Positions 45,594-55,092 of a stretch of 64,000 bases of DNA are shown in pieces; positions within the stretch are counted from its first letter, which is position 1; every line of letters begins with the position of its first letter. The notes under the pieces are model-generated. The model was not told where the DNA came from, did not search any database, and was given only the letters and a program-made list of their open reading frames with translations. A program made the translations under genes and the position numbers. Source of the stretch: Flavobacteriales bacterium UBA3364 (lineage in GTDB: Bacteria > Bacteroidota > Bacteroidia > Flavobacteriales_F > PHOS-HE28); NCBI GenBank assembly GCA_002360495.1, contig DEQO01000077.1, positions 11,572-75,571 of the forward strand, read 5' to 3'.

Positions 45594-47054
45594 CTAGTTC
45601 GTTGGATCAGTTCCGGGGCGCGCCTCCAACTCCTCGATCGTCCTTCTCGCCGCCTCCAACCGCACCCGGTTGTTCTTGCTCACCAGCATGTCGGTGATCA
45701 GCTTCTCCATGCGGTGGTGCAGCGGGATCAGCAGCGCGGCGATGGAGGCCATGCACAACAGCATCAGCAAGGGCGAGTGGTGCGTGATCTCGCCCAGCAC
45801 CGGATGCACCAGCAGGTTGATGAACTCGAAGAAGAGCAGCAGCGCGATGAGTGAGAGGTTCTTGATCGCCTTGGCGCCCACCACCGCCGTGCGGCTGAAC
45901 ACCAACAGGAAGATGCCCAGCGTGATGACGATCAGTGCGATGATGCCGAACTGGATGTTGCGGGAGCGGGCGGCGACTTCCTCCGCGCGCAGCTTGGCAT
46001 CCTCGCGGTCCTTCAGTTCCTGCGTGAACAACTGGTTCTGAAGCTGGCTCTTGTTCTGGAGCAAGATCAGCGAATCGCGCCAGGCGTGCGCAAGCTTCGA
46101 ATACACCAGCGCGCTATCGGTGATGCCGTGCGCGGCAAAGGCATCGGATAGGGCCGTGGTCGACTTCACCAGGAGGTGCGGAAGTCGCGTGTACCCGGTG
46201 GATTCGTAGCCCTTTCGCGACCATGCGAGCGCTTCCGCCATACGCCCTTGACCGATCAGCAGCTTGGTATAACCGGCTGCAGCATGGATGAGCGGCTCCG
46301 GCACCTCAGCAGAATCAGCAACGGCCAAGGCCCGTTTGAAGTAAGGCTCGGCCAAGTCGTTCTCCCCCCTGGCAGCGTGCACTTGGGCCAGGGTGAGTTG
46401 AAAGTTGGCATAGCCATATGGATCATTCCCAGGCTCCTTCAGCACATCGGCTTTGCGGGCATAGTACAGCGCGGAATCAAGGTCTCCAAGTTCCATGTGG
46501 CACCTGGCCAGGATGGACATCGAGCGGCCGTAGATCCCGTTGCTCAAGCCATAGGCCTGTGCTTTCCGCATATAGCGCAAGGTGCCTTCGGTATCCCCGG
46601 CCCGCTGGTACACGATCGCCGTCTCCTTGCTTACGGCACCCATACCCAGACTATCCCCGGCCTGCTGGAAGCGTGCGAGGGAGATGTTGAAGTGCTTCAG
46701 TGCTCCATTCACATCGTTGAGCTGCATGAACGCCCCGCCAATGCCGAAGTGCGCACGGCCGATAAGCGTATCGTTCCCGGTCCGCTCGGCCGCTTCCAGT
46801 CCACGGATGGCCGCCTTCATGCAGTCCTCCGAGCGACCGAGGAAGAGGTACTGGCTGACGAGCCTGGCAATGGCAGTGCATTTCACCCGCGGATCGGTCG
46901 CCGTCCGCTCAAGTGCTTCGATGGAGTCTACCGGGAGGCCACGAAATCTGGAAGCAAGCGTGTCGAGGGGCTGGGCGTGCAAAGAGCACGCACCGATCAG
47001 CAGTAGTCCCAGCGCGAATGCACGGATGTTCACCAGCTTCCAGAACGCGATCAT
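45594..47054 (-). CDS. Signal peptide + TPR + coiled coil + 3-TM protein, paralogue 3
   Basis: 486 aa with the same architecture. It is the first gene of the triplet and its stop lies 3 nt from the paralogue 2 start. Confidence 0.8.
   Translation of the reverse strand: MIAFWKLVNIRAFALGLLLIGACSLHAQPLDTLASRFRGLPVDSIEALERTATDPRVKCTAIARLVSQYLFLGRSEDCMKAAIRGLEAAERTGNDTLIGRAHFGIGGAFMQLNDVNGALKHFNISLARFQQAGDSLGMGAVSKETAIVYQRAGDTEGTLRYMRKAQAYGLSNGIYGRSMSILARCHMELGDLDSALYYARKADVLKEPGNDPYGYANFQLTLAQVHAARGENDLAEPYFKRALAVADSAEVPEPLIHAAAGYTKLLIGQGRMAEALAWSRKGYESTGYTRLPHLLVKSTTALSDAFAAHGITDSALVYSKLAHAWRDSLILLQNKSQLQNQLFTQELKDREDAKLRAEEVAARSRNIQFGIIALIVITLGIFLLVFSRTAVVGAKAIKNLSLIALLLFFEFINLLVHPVLGEITHHSPLLMLLCMASIAALLIPLHHRMEKLITDMLVSKNNRVRLEAARRTIEELEARPGTDPTN
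45624..45968. repeat. Conserved C-terminal module repeat, copy 3
   Basis: See copies 1 and 2. Similarity to copy 1 extends a further ~54 nt into the coiled-coil codons (QELKDREDAK[VL]RAEE). Confidence 0.85.
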
Positions 47055-47154
47055 GGATGATGCGAAAGCCTAAAGATGCGCGATCGCGGATGAACGACCC
47101 TGCCGATCCACGAACGGTGGCCGACAGCGGACCGCGCGGACGCATCTTCGCATT

Positions 47155-48147
47155 ATGAAGTACAGCGCAACGGTACCCACCCGCATGCAGGCCTGGACCT
47201 ACCGCCGCTACGGACCGCCGGATGTGCTCCAGCGCGAAGAACTGCCTGTGCCCACACCCGGCCCCAAGGACATTCTGGTCCGCGTGCACGCCACCACCGT
47301 GAACCGCACCGACTGCGGCTTCCGATCGGCGGAGTACGTGATCAGCCGCCTGTTCAGTGGGCTATTCAGACCGAAGCGGCCTGTGCTGGGCTGCGAGTTC
47401 GCCGGTGAGGTGGTGGCTGTGGGCGAACAGGTGGATCGCTTCAAGGTGGGCGACAAGGTCTTCGGTTACGACGACCAGCGCTTCGGGGCTTATGCGGAAT
47501 ACATGGTGACCGCTGCCGACGGAGGTGCGGCGCTGCTGCCCCAAGGCTGGTCGTATCCCGAAGCGGCCCCGCTCACCGAAGGCATCCACTACGCCTGGTG
47601 CGATCTGAAGGCCGCAGACATCGGCCCAGGCAGTAGGGTGCTGGTGTACGGTGCCACCGGCGCGATCGGATCGGGCGCGGTGCAACTGGCCGTGTCGCTG
47701 GGCGCCGAGGTGACCGCCGTCTGCACCACACCGCACGTGGAGCGCATCAAAGCCCTGGGCGCGCACAAGGTGATCGACCGCAATACCACCGACTTCCGCA
47801 CGGAGCCCGGGTCGTTCGACCTGGTGTTCGATGCCGTGGGCAAGAGCCGGTTCAAGCACTGCAGGCACCTGCTCACACCCAACGGCTGCTACATCAGCAC
47901 GGAGCTCGGACCGCGCAGCGAGAACGTCTTCCTGGCGATGGTCGGCGGGTTGCGCAAGGGGCCGCGTGTGCGCTTCCCCCTGCCCACCATCAGCCAGGCG
48001 GACGTGGAGCACTTCCGTAGCATGGCCGAAGCGGGCACCCTGCGTCCGCTGATCGACCGGGTGGTGGGCTTCAAGGAACTGGTGGAGGCCACGCGCTACG
48101 TGGAGACCGGACAGAAGATCGGCAACGTGGTGGTGACGATCGGCTGA
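47155..48147 (+). CDS. Medium-chain dehydrogenase/reductase (quinone oxidoreductase-like, NAD(P)-dependent)
   Basis: 330 aa. It has a GroES-like N-domain and the VLVYGATGAIGSGAVQLA Rossmann motif. Confidence 0.88.
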   Translation: MKYSATVPTRMQAWTYRRYGPPDVLQREELPVPTPGPKDILVRVHATTVNRTDCGFRSAEYVISRLFSGLFRPKRPVLGCEFAGEVVAVGEQVDRFKVGDKVFGYDDQRFGAYAEYMVTAADGGAALLPQGWSYPEAAPLTEGIHYAWCDLKAADIGPGSRVLVYGATGAIGSGAVQLAVSLGAEVTAVCTTPHVERIKALGAHKVIDRNTTDFRTEPGSFDLVFDAVGKSRFKHCRHLLTPNGCYISTELGPRSENVFLAMVGGLRKGPRVRFPLPTISQADVEHFRSMAEAGTLRPLIDRVVGFKELVEATRYVETGQKIGNVVVTIG

Positions 48148-48189
48148 TCGCTCCTCCTTGCACGGCACATTTCACCATTACTTTGGTGC

Positions 48190-49611
48190 ATGCGCGGTCC
48201 GCATTTGATCTCCTGCCTTGCGCTGTCGCTCGTTGTGCGCGCGCAGGACACGTGCAGCTGCACGCGCAACCTGGACCTCTTCATCAGCAAGGTGGAGCGC
48301 AACTACGCCGGTTACCAGGACAAGGTAACCGAGACCACTCGGCCGCACTACGCGGCGCTGGTGGACTCCGTGAAGCGCATGGCCGTGAACGAGCAGGACA
48401 AGTCGCGCTGTTTCGAGCTTCTGGATACTTACCGCGCATTCTTCCGGGACAAGCACCTGCAACTCGCCGGTGCCCACGCCTCCAACGACGATGGCAGTGT
48501 GAGCACTCCCCCGCGAACGACCACTTGGACCGCCGCTGCTCTTGAAGGCCGCTTCGGCAACCGCAACGAAATGCCCAGGCCGCTTGAAGGGGCCTGGTCA
48601 CTCGATGCGTATCGCGTGGGCATCGTTTACAACGACAGCTTGCGCGCATACGACGCGATCATCATGGCCTCGGAGAACCCGAACTGGAAGGAAGGAATGG
48701 TGAAGTTCACAGTGACCGAGCCCGTCAACGGCGCATGCCTTGTGCGCTATTGGCGCGGTGACCTTCATTTGATCGAAGTGCAAGGCACATGGGCCACCGG
48801 CCATCTGGCGATGACGGGCGTTGGGACCTGGCATATGACCGAGCCTCCCGCCGGAACGATGGACGCAAGCGCGTTCGAGCTGGCGTTCGGATCCGAAGTG
48901 CAATGGAAGATGCTGGATGACACCACGCTCTACATCAAGCTCGGCTCATGCGATCTGTCGAACAAGGCCGTGCTCGACAGTTTGGTCAACGCCAACAAGA
49001 CAGCGCTCGATCGTATCCCCAATTGGATCGTTGACTTCCGTGGCAACGGCGGCGGGTCGACGGACGTTTTCCAAGCGCTAGTGCCCTACCTGTACACCAA
49101 ACCGTACAAGGAGCATGGCGTCAGCCATTGGATGAGTCCGGAGAACACCACCTTGTTGAAGGCCTGGCTGGAAGAGAACATGAAGGTGGTGGACGCACGT
49201 ACTGCTCGTTACATCACCAAATGGGTACGCTACGGTGAGAAGCATCCCAATACCTGGCATAAAGGATCCGGGGGCACCACCAGACTCAGGAAGCATGACA
49301 TGCCGCGCCGCGTGGCCATCCTGGCGGATCGAGGAACAGCCAGCAGCGGCGAATCATTCCTTGAACTGGCGCGTGGCATGAGCGACAAGTCCGTGATCTT
49401 CGGGGAGAACACGGGAGGTTTCATGGACTACGGCGATCTGCAACCTCACGACCTCGGATGCGATGGGCTCGTCGCTGCCATTCCCACGTCCCGCATGAAC
49501 CGGCTCGATCACGGTTTGCGCTACGACCTGGAAGGGATCGCACCCGATGTGCGCGTTGGGCACGACGTTACCGACTGGATCGCCGTGGTGAGGAGGTACT
49601 GGGAACAGTAG
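48190..49611 (+). CDS. S41-family peptidase (secreted)
   Basis: 473 aa with a signal peptide. It has FRGNGGGST and DRGTASSGESFLE (catalytic Ser region) plus the ENTGG motif. Confidence 0.8.
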   Translation: MRGPHLISCLALSLVVRAQDTCSCTRNLDLFISKVERNYAGYQDKVTETTRPHYAALVDSVKRMAVNEQDKSRCFELLDTYRAFFRDKHLQLAGAHASNDDGSVSTPPRTTTWTAAALEGRFGNRNEMPRPLEGAWSLDAYRVGIVYNDSLRAYDAIIMASENPNWKEGMVKFTVTEPVNGACLVRYWRGDLHLIEVQGTWATGHLAMTGVGTWHMTEPPAGTMDASAFELAFGSEVQWKMLDDTTLYIKLGSCDLSNKAVLDSLVNANKTALDRIPNWIVDFRGNGGGSTDVFQALVPYLYTKPYKEHGVSHWMSPENTTLLKAWLEENMKVVDARTARYITKWVRYGEKHPNTWHKGSGGTTRLRKHDMPRRVAILADRGTASSGESFLELARGMSDKSVIFGENTGGFMDYGDLQPHDLGCDGLVAAIPTSRMNRLDHGLRYDLEGIAPDVRVGHDVTDWIAVVRRYWEQ

Positions 49612-49819
49612 CGCGCATTGTCCTCTTTCGCGCCTGGTGCGACGATGTCCTTGTTCCTTTGCTGCCCTATCGAAGCCCGCGATCGATCGCCAGGCCACAT
49701 CCGGTCGTATCCTCCATACCGCGCCCACGGTCTGGCGGACGGGCGGGTTGTGGTGGTCGAACTGCACCGACTTCCACCGGATCACGATGGTACTGTGTCC
49801 GCGCAGGTATTTTCGCCAC

Positions 49820-50593
49820 ATGCCAGAGACCAACGGCAACGGACGCCATATCGACCTGCGCTTCCTCGAAGGCCCGCGCTCACGCTGGAAGGAATTCGTG
49901 GATGTGATGAAGATCGCCCGCGAGTTCGTGTACGGCTTCCGGCGTCTGCATTTCGTCGGACCATGCGTCACTTTCTTCGGCAGCGCGCGCTTCAAGGAGG
50001 ACCATCCCTACTACAAGGACGCCCGTGAGTTGGCGCGGCGTGTCGGGCGTGTGGGCTTCACGATCATGACCGGTGGAGGGCCCGGCATCATGGAAGCCGC
50101 CAACCGGGGCGCTAGGGATGTAGGGGCACTCAGTGTCGGTTGCAACATCGTACTGCCGCACGAACAATACGCGAACCCGTACCTCGACGTGAGCCTGCGC
50201 TTCGAGCGCTTCTTCGTACGCAAGGTGCTGCTGGTGAAATACAGCATCTGCTTCGTGGTGATGCCGGGTGGCGCAGGAACGCTGGACGAGCTTTTCGAAG
50301 CCATCACCTTGATCCAGACCGGCAAGGTGAAGAACTTCCCCATGTTGCTCTATGGCAAGGATTATTGGGCACCCACATTGCAGCAGATCGAACGCATGGT
50401 CCAAGAAGGGACCATCGGTCGCGAGGAACTTCGCTTCCTGTTCGTGGCGGACACCGTAGCCGAGGCCACCGCCTTGCTGCAGGACCGGTTGGTGATCATG
50501 TGGCAGGAAGCCCAGCGCAGCAAGGACGCACCCAAGTGGTGGTTCCTGGAGGACCGTGTTAACGGAAGGTTAAGCAAGAAGACCGTAGCCTAA
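49820..50593 (+). CDS. LOG-family protein (TIGR00730; cytokinin riboside 5'-monophosphate phosphoribohydrolase-like)
   Basis: 257 aa starting MPETNGNG; the start is uncertain and an upstream ATG exists. It has the GGGPGIMEAANRGA and PGGAGTLDELFE motifs. Confidence 0.88.
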   Translation: MPETNGNGRHIDLRFLEGPRSRWKEFVDVMKIAREFVYGFRRLHFVGPCVTFFGSARFKEDHPYYKDARELARRVGRVGFTIMTGGGPGIMEAANRGARDVGALSVGCNIVLPHEQYANPYLDVSLRFERFFVRKVLLVKYSICFVVMPGGAGTLDELFEAITLIQTGKVKNFPMLLYGKDYWAPTLQQIERMVQEGTIGREELRFLFVADTVAEATALLQDRLVIMWQEAQRSKDAPKWWFLEDRVNGRLSKKTVA

Positions 50594-50681
50594 CCGATCC
50601 TTAACGCGGGATCAAGGACGAGGTAACACGCCGAGAGGACTTTTGCGGCGCGAACGGCCAACAAGGTCGAACGCGCATGCG

Positions 50682-53489
50682 ATGTACCGGAACGTTCTCC
50701 TTCTCCTCATCCTGCTGGTCACGAAAGCAGCAGCGCAGAAAGGCACTGTGACGGGCACCATCACGGCGGAAGAGGCCGGACGCATCCAGCCCATGCCCTT
50801 CGTGAACGTGGCATTGAAAGGCGCCGGCGTCAGCGCCAACACGGACCTCGATGGCAAGTTCACCATGACCGCCGAACCCGGTGCATACACGTTGGTGGTG
50901 AGCTTCGTAGGCTACGAACCCACGGAACGCGCGGTGACCGTCACCGCTGGTGAGCGCACCCTCGTTGATGTGGAGATGAAGGGACAAGGCATCGAGATGA
51001 AGAGCCTCGATGTGGTCACGACCAAACGCACCGAGACCGAGACCGCCGTGGTGATGGAGACGCGCAAGAGCGAGCAAGTGGTGAACGGGGTAGGCCGCCA
51101 GCAGATCGCCAAGAGCCAGGACCGCAACGCGGGCGATGTGGTGAAGCGCATTCCCGGGGTGACCTTGGTGAACGACCGCTTCGTGATGGTCCGCGGACTT
51201 GCGGACCGCTACAATGCGGTGATGTTGAACGACGTGATCGCGCCGAGCCTGGAATCGGACAAGCGGGCCTTCAGTTTCGACCTTATCCCCAGCGGTGCCT
51301 TGGACCGTGTGATGTTGTACAAGACCGGTGCGCCGGAACTGCCCGGCGAGTTCGCCGGTGGTGTGGTGAGGATCCACACGTTGAGCGTGCCACAGGAGAA
51401 CGAGACACGGGTGAACTACTCCGCTTCGTTCCGCGTTGGGACGACGGGATCTTCCTTCCTCACTGACAAGGCCGGGAAGACCGATGCATTGGGCATGGAC
51501 CTCGGCGCCCGCGCCCTGCCTTCGGACTTTCCCGCGAACGTGAACACATTGAGCGGCAACCAACTCGCCACCGCAGGCCAGTCGCTTTCGAACTATTGGA
51601 GCGCGAACACGACCACCGCCCTGCCGGACCAACGCCTCGGCATCCTGATCGCGCGCCGCTTCGGCAAGGAGGGTGGTACGCAGTTCGGGAACGTCACCAC
51701 GCTGGACTATGCGCTCACCTCCGTTGCTTTCACAGCGAAGAACTACAACTACGGCAGCTTCGTCGCTTCGACCGGTCGCAGCGACAGCCTCTACCGTTAT
51801 TCCGACCAGGAGAACATCCGCAACGCGCGCATCAGCCTGTTGCACAACTGGACCGCACTGATCGGCACACGTTCCAAGATCGAGTTCAAGAACCTGCTGA
51901 ACCAGCAAGGCGAAGGCCGCACCACCTCGCGCACCGGCATCGACTTCGATGGTGGTTTCGATGTGAACAATGTCGCCTTCCGCTGGCAGGAGCGCACGAT
52001 CTACAGCGGGCAGTTGCACGGCACACATGATCTTGCGAACGACCGTACGAACATCCAATGGACGGCAGGCTATGGCCTCGCACTGAGCAAGGAACCGGAC
52101 TACCGCCGCGCCCGCACCACCCGCGCTGCCGACCAGAGCGATAGCGACACGCCCTATCAGATCCAGATCTCGCCGACCGCCAGCACCACCAACGCCGGCC
52201 GTTTCTTCAGCGACCTCGACGAGCACGTGATCACCGGTCGTTTGGACGTGGAAGAGAAAGTGGGCTCTGGAACGGGCAAGGTGGTGGGCAAGCTGCGCGC
52301 TGGCGTCTTCACGGAACGGAAGGATCGTGAGTTCAGCGCACGGTGGATGTCGTTCGTGAAAAGCAATTTCAACCAGTTCGACGAGTCCCTTTTGATGAAG
52401 CCCCTGGATGTCGCCTTCAGCGATGCGAACATCAACGCCACCACCGGGTTCAAGCTGAGCGAGGGTACGAACCCGAGCGATGCATACACCGCTGCGAACA
52501 CATTGATGGCCGGTTACCTCGGAAGCACCTTCACCTTCGACAGCACCACCACGGTCTCCGTCGGGGCCCGCGTTGAGCACAACCGCCAGGAACTCACGAG
52601 CGGTACGTACACCAATGGGGAAGTGGGCGTTGACAATACGGTGATCAGCGTGCTGCCTTCGTTGAACGCGAGCTACAACCTGACCAAGCGTTCGCTTGTC
52701 CGTGTAGCGGTGAGCCAGTCGGTGAACCGTCCCGAGTTCCGTGAACTGGCACCCTTCAGCTTCTACGATTTCAGCAGCAACAGTTCCTTGAGCGGCAATC
52801 CCGATCTGAAGACCGCACGCATCCTCAACCTCGACGCTCGTTGGGAATTCTACCCGACGCTGAACGAGACCATGAGCATCGGTGTGTTCTACAAGAGCTT
52901 CACCGACCCCATCGAGACCTTCTTCGTGAGCAGCACCGGCGGCGGCACCCGGAACCTGACCTACAAGAACGCCGCAAATGCCAACAGCCTTGGCGTCGAG
53001 GCCGAAGTGCGTCGCTCCGCCGCATCGCTTTCCTCCAAGCCGTGGGCGGAGAAGTGGGGGGTGGTGCTCAACGCATCGGTGATCAAGAGCACCGTGGAAC
53101 TCGGCGACCAGGCCGTGGGTCAGAAGAAGGAGCGTCCGATGATGGGTCAAAGCCCTTACGTCGCGAACGCCGGGATCTACTTCGATGATACCGCGAAAGG
53201 GGTTCGTGCGAGCGTGTTGTGGAACGTGTTCGGGCGGCGCCTTTATGCCGTGGGGAACACGCTGTTCCCCGATATCTACGAGATGCCGCGCAACTCGCTG
53301 GACGTGACCGCATCGAAACGTGTCGGCAAACACTTCGAAGTGAAGCTGAGCGCACAGGACATCCTGAACCAACATATCCTCCTGGTGCAGGACAGCGATG
53401 CGAACGGTTCGATCGATGGGAAGGACGCTGACGTGCTTTCCTTCCGCCGTGGTCAGTACTTCTCGGCAGGGTTGCAGTACACGTTCTGA
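50682..53489 (+). CDS. TonB-dependent receptor with an N-terminal carboxypeptidase-regulatory-like domain
   Basis: 935 aa starting MYRNVLLLLILLVTKAAAQ. It has the CarboxypepD_reg pattern (GTVTGTI..VNVALKG..TDLDGKFT), a plug (RIPGVTLVNDRFVMVRGL), a long beta-barrel and a terminal LQYTF. Confidence 0.92.
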   Translation: MYRNVLLLLILLVTKAAAQKGTVTGTITAEEAGRIQPMPFVNVALKGAGVSANTDLDGKFTMTAEPGAYTLVVSFVGYEPTERAVTVTAGERTLVDVEMKGQGIEMKSLDVVTTKRTETETAVVMETRKSEQVVNGVGRQQIAKSQDRNAGDVVKRIPGVTLVNDRFVMVRGLADRYNAVMLNDVIAPSLESDKRAFSFDLIPSGALDRVMLYKTGAPELPGEFAGGVVRIHTLSVPQENETRVNYSASFRVGTTGSSFLTDKAGKTDALGMDLGARALPSDFPANVNTLSGNQLATAGQSLSNYWSANTTTALPDQRLGILIARRFGKEGGTQFGNVTTLDYALTSVAFTAKNYNYGSFVASTGRSDSLYRYSDQENIRNARISLLHNWTALIGTRSKIEFKNLLNQQGEGRTTSRTGIDFDGGFDVNNVAFRWQERTIYSGQLHGTHDLANDRTNIQWTAGYGLALSKEPDYRRARTTRAADQSDSDTPYQIQISPTASTTNAGRFFSDLDEHVITGRLDVEEKVGSGTGKVVGKLRAGVFTERKDREFSARWMSFVKSNFNQFDESLLMKPLDVAFSDANINATTGFKLSEGTNPSDAYTAANTLMAGYLGSTFTFDSTTTVSVGARVEHNRQELTSGTYTNGEVGVDNTVISVLPSLNASYNLTKRSLVRVAVSQSVNRPEFRELAPFSFYDFSSNSSLSGNPDLKTARILNLDARWEFYPTLNETMSIGVFYKSFTDPIETFFVSSTGGGTRNLTYKNAANANSLGVEAEVRRSAASLSSKPWAEKWGVVLNASVIKSTVELGDQAVGQKKERPMMGQSPYVANAGIYFDDTAKGVRASVLWNVFGRRLYAVGNTLFPDIYEMPRNSLDVTASKRVGKHFEVKLSAQDILNQHILLVQDSDANGSIDGKDADVLSFRRGQYFSAGLQYTF

Positions 53490-53656
53490 TCGACGTGGTA
53501 CGAACCGTTCCGAAGTGGACTTCAGCGCACACCGATGTCCGTTTCGCTCTCCCGACTTAACACAATGACAACGCAGCGCAACGATCGCATAAGATCCGCC
53601 TTACAACCACGTAAGACCAATGCCGTCCATTTGCGAACGAAAACACAGACAACCAC

Positions 53657-55027
53657 ATGGTCATGAACCCGTTCACGCACAAGTCCCTCTGGGCGATCGT
53701 CATCGGTAGCGCATTGCTCGCCAACACCGGCTGCAAGAAGGATGACGAGGACCCCGTCGTCCCGGATCCCGCACCACCGTCCAACCTGGTCACCATCGAT
53801 CAACCGATCAACGCCAGCACCACATGGACCGCAGGCAACCGCTACCTGATCAAAGGGTTCGTCGAGGTCGAACTGGGCGCGACCCTGACCATTGAACCCG
53901 GTACGGTCATCTTCGGTGATAAGGCCACGAAAGGCACTCTCATCATCAACCGTGGCGCACAGCTGATCGCTGAAGGCACGGCTGCATCGCCCATCGTCTT
54001 CACCAGCCACGAACCTGCCGGAAGCCGCGCTCCCGGCGATTGGGGTGGCATCATCCTGTGCGGTCGTGCCCCCATCAACCTCCCCGGCGGTACGGGTGTT
54101 GTCGAAGGTGGTGTGGAGGCCGTGTTCGGCGGCACCGACGCAGCCGACAATAGCGGCACCCTCCGCTATGTGCGCATCGAGTTCCCGGGCATCGCATTCC
54201 AAGAGAACAACGAGATCAATGGCCTTACGCTGGCCGGTGTAGGCAGCGGTACCACGATCGACCATATCCAGGTGAGCTACAGTGGCGACGACAGCTTCGA
54301 GTGGTTCGGTGGTGCCGTAGGCTGCAAGCGCATGATCTCCTTCGGCGGCCTCGATGACGACTTCGACATGGACAACGGCTTCAGCGGAAAACTGCAGTTC
54401 GGACTCGCGCTGCGCGATGTCGATCAGGCTGACCAGAGCGGCAGCAATGGACTGGAGCACGATAATGACGCAAGTGGTTCGACCGCAACGCCCTTCACCA
54501 CGCCCATCATCACCAACGTCAGCATACTCGGTCCTTTGGCGACCTCCACAGGAACACCGAACGGCAACTACAAGCGCTCAGCGCATCTGCGCCGCAATAC
54601 GCATACGAACGTGTACAACAGCGTTTTCGCCGGTTTCCCAACGGGCCTGTTGATCGATGGAACGGCCGCTGAGGCCAACGCCACCAACAACGACCTGGTC
54701 TTCCGGAGCTCGGTTATCGCCGGGATGACCAGCAACTTCGCTGTCGCCAGCGGAAGCACGTGGGATATCGCAACGTGGTTCGCCACCAGCGGTTGGAACA
54801 ACACCACGTATACGAACAGCAGCGACCTGCTCCTCGCGGTGCCGCTGGACCTGACCAACCCCGACCTGCTCCCGAACGAAGGCAGCCCGCTGCTGAGCGG
54901 TGCGGATTTCACCTGGGGACCATTGGCCGATGGCTTTTTTGAGCAAGTGCCCTACCGTGGCGCCTTCGGTCTGGAGGACTGGACCAGCGGCTGGGCCAAC
55001 TGGGATCCGCAGAACACCACCTACTGA
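53657..55027 (+). CDS. Surface lipoprotein partner of the TonB-dependent receptor (beta-helix-like, not SusD-like)
   Basis: 456 aa. It has lipobox LLANTGC and Gly/Asp-rich repeated strands (GDWGGIILCG, GDDSFEWFGG, DDDFDMDNG). It lies immediately downstream of the receptor. Confidence 0.7.
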   Translation: MVMNPFTHKSLWAIVIGSALLANTGCKKDDEDPVVPDPAPPSNLVTIDQPINASTTWTAGNRYLIKGFVEVELGATLTIEPGTVIFGDKATKGTLIINRGAQLIAEGTAASPIVFTSHEPAGSRAPGDWGGIILCGRAPINLPGGTGVVEGGVEAVFGGTDAADNSGTLRYVRIEFPGIAFQENNEINGLTLAGVGSGTTIDHIQVSYSGDDSFEWFGGAVGCKRMISFGGLDDDFDMDNGFSGKLQFGLALRDVDQADQSGSNGLEHDNDASGSTATPFTTPIITNVSILGPLATSTGTPNGNYKRSAHLRRNTHTNVYNSVFAGFPTGLLIDGTAAEANATNNDLVFRSSVIAGMTSNFAVASGSTWDIATWFATSGWNNTTYTNSSDLLLAVPLDLTNPDLLPNEGSPLLSGADFTWGPLADGFFEQVPYRGAFGLEDWTSGWANWDPQNTTY

Positions 55028-55062
55028 GCACCGTACATCGCAACAGACCCGCTCGGTCCGTG

Positions 55063-55088
55063 CGAAAGGCTCCTTCGGGAGCCTTTCG
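55063..55088. terminator. Bidirectional hairpin terminator between convergent genes
   Basis: cgaaaggctcc ttcg ggagcctttcg forms an 11-bp perfect stem with a UUCG-type tetraloop. Confidence 0.65.
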
Positions 55089-55092
55089 TCGT

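Noticed and set aside
47055-47154. An invertible (phase-variable) promoter flanked by inverted repeats upstream of the TPR/3-TM triplet.
   Set aside because: The inverted repeats are short (13 nt, one of them split), the enclosed segment is only ~60 nt, and no site-specific recombinase is nearby. I kept it only as a possible operator pair.
50601-53375. A 924-aa ORF on the minus strand, the longest reverse-strand ORF in the track.
   Set aside because: It lies entirely antisense to the TonB-dependent receptor gene, whose product has clear plug, barrel and C-terminal Phe features. The antisense product is Arg/Gly/Ala/His/Val-rich with no motifs. This is typical of stop-poor shadow frames in high-GC DNA.
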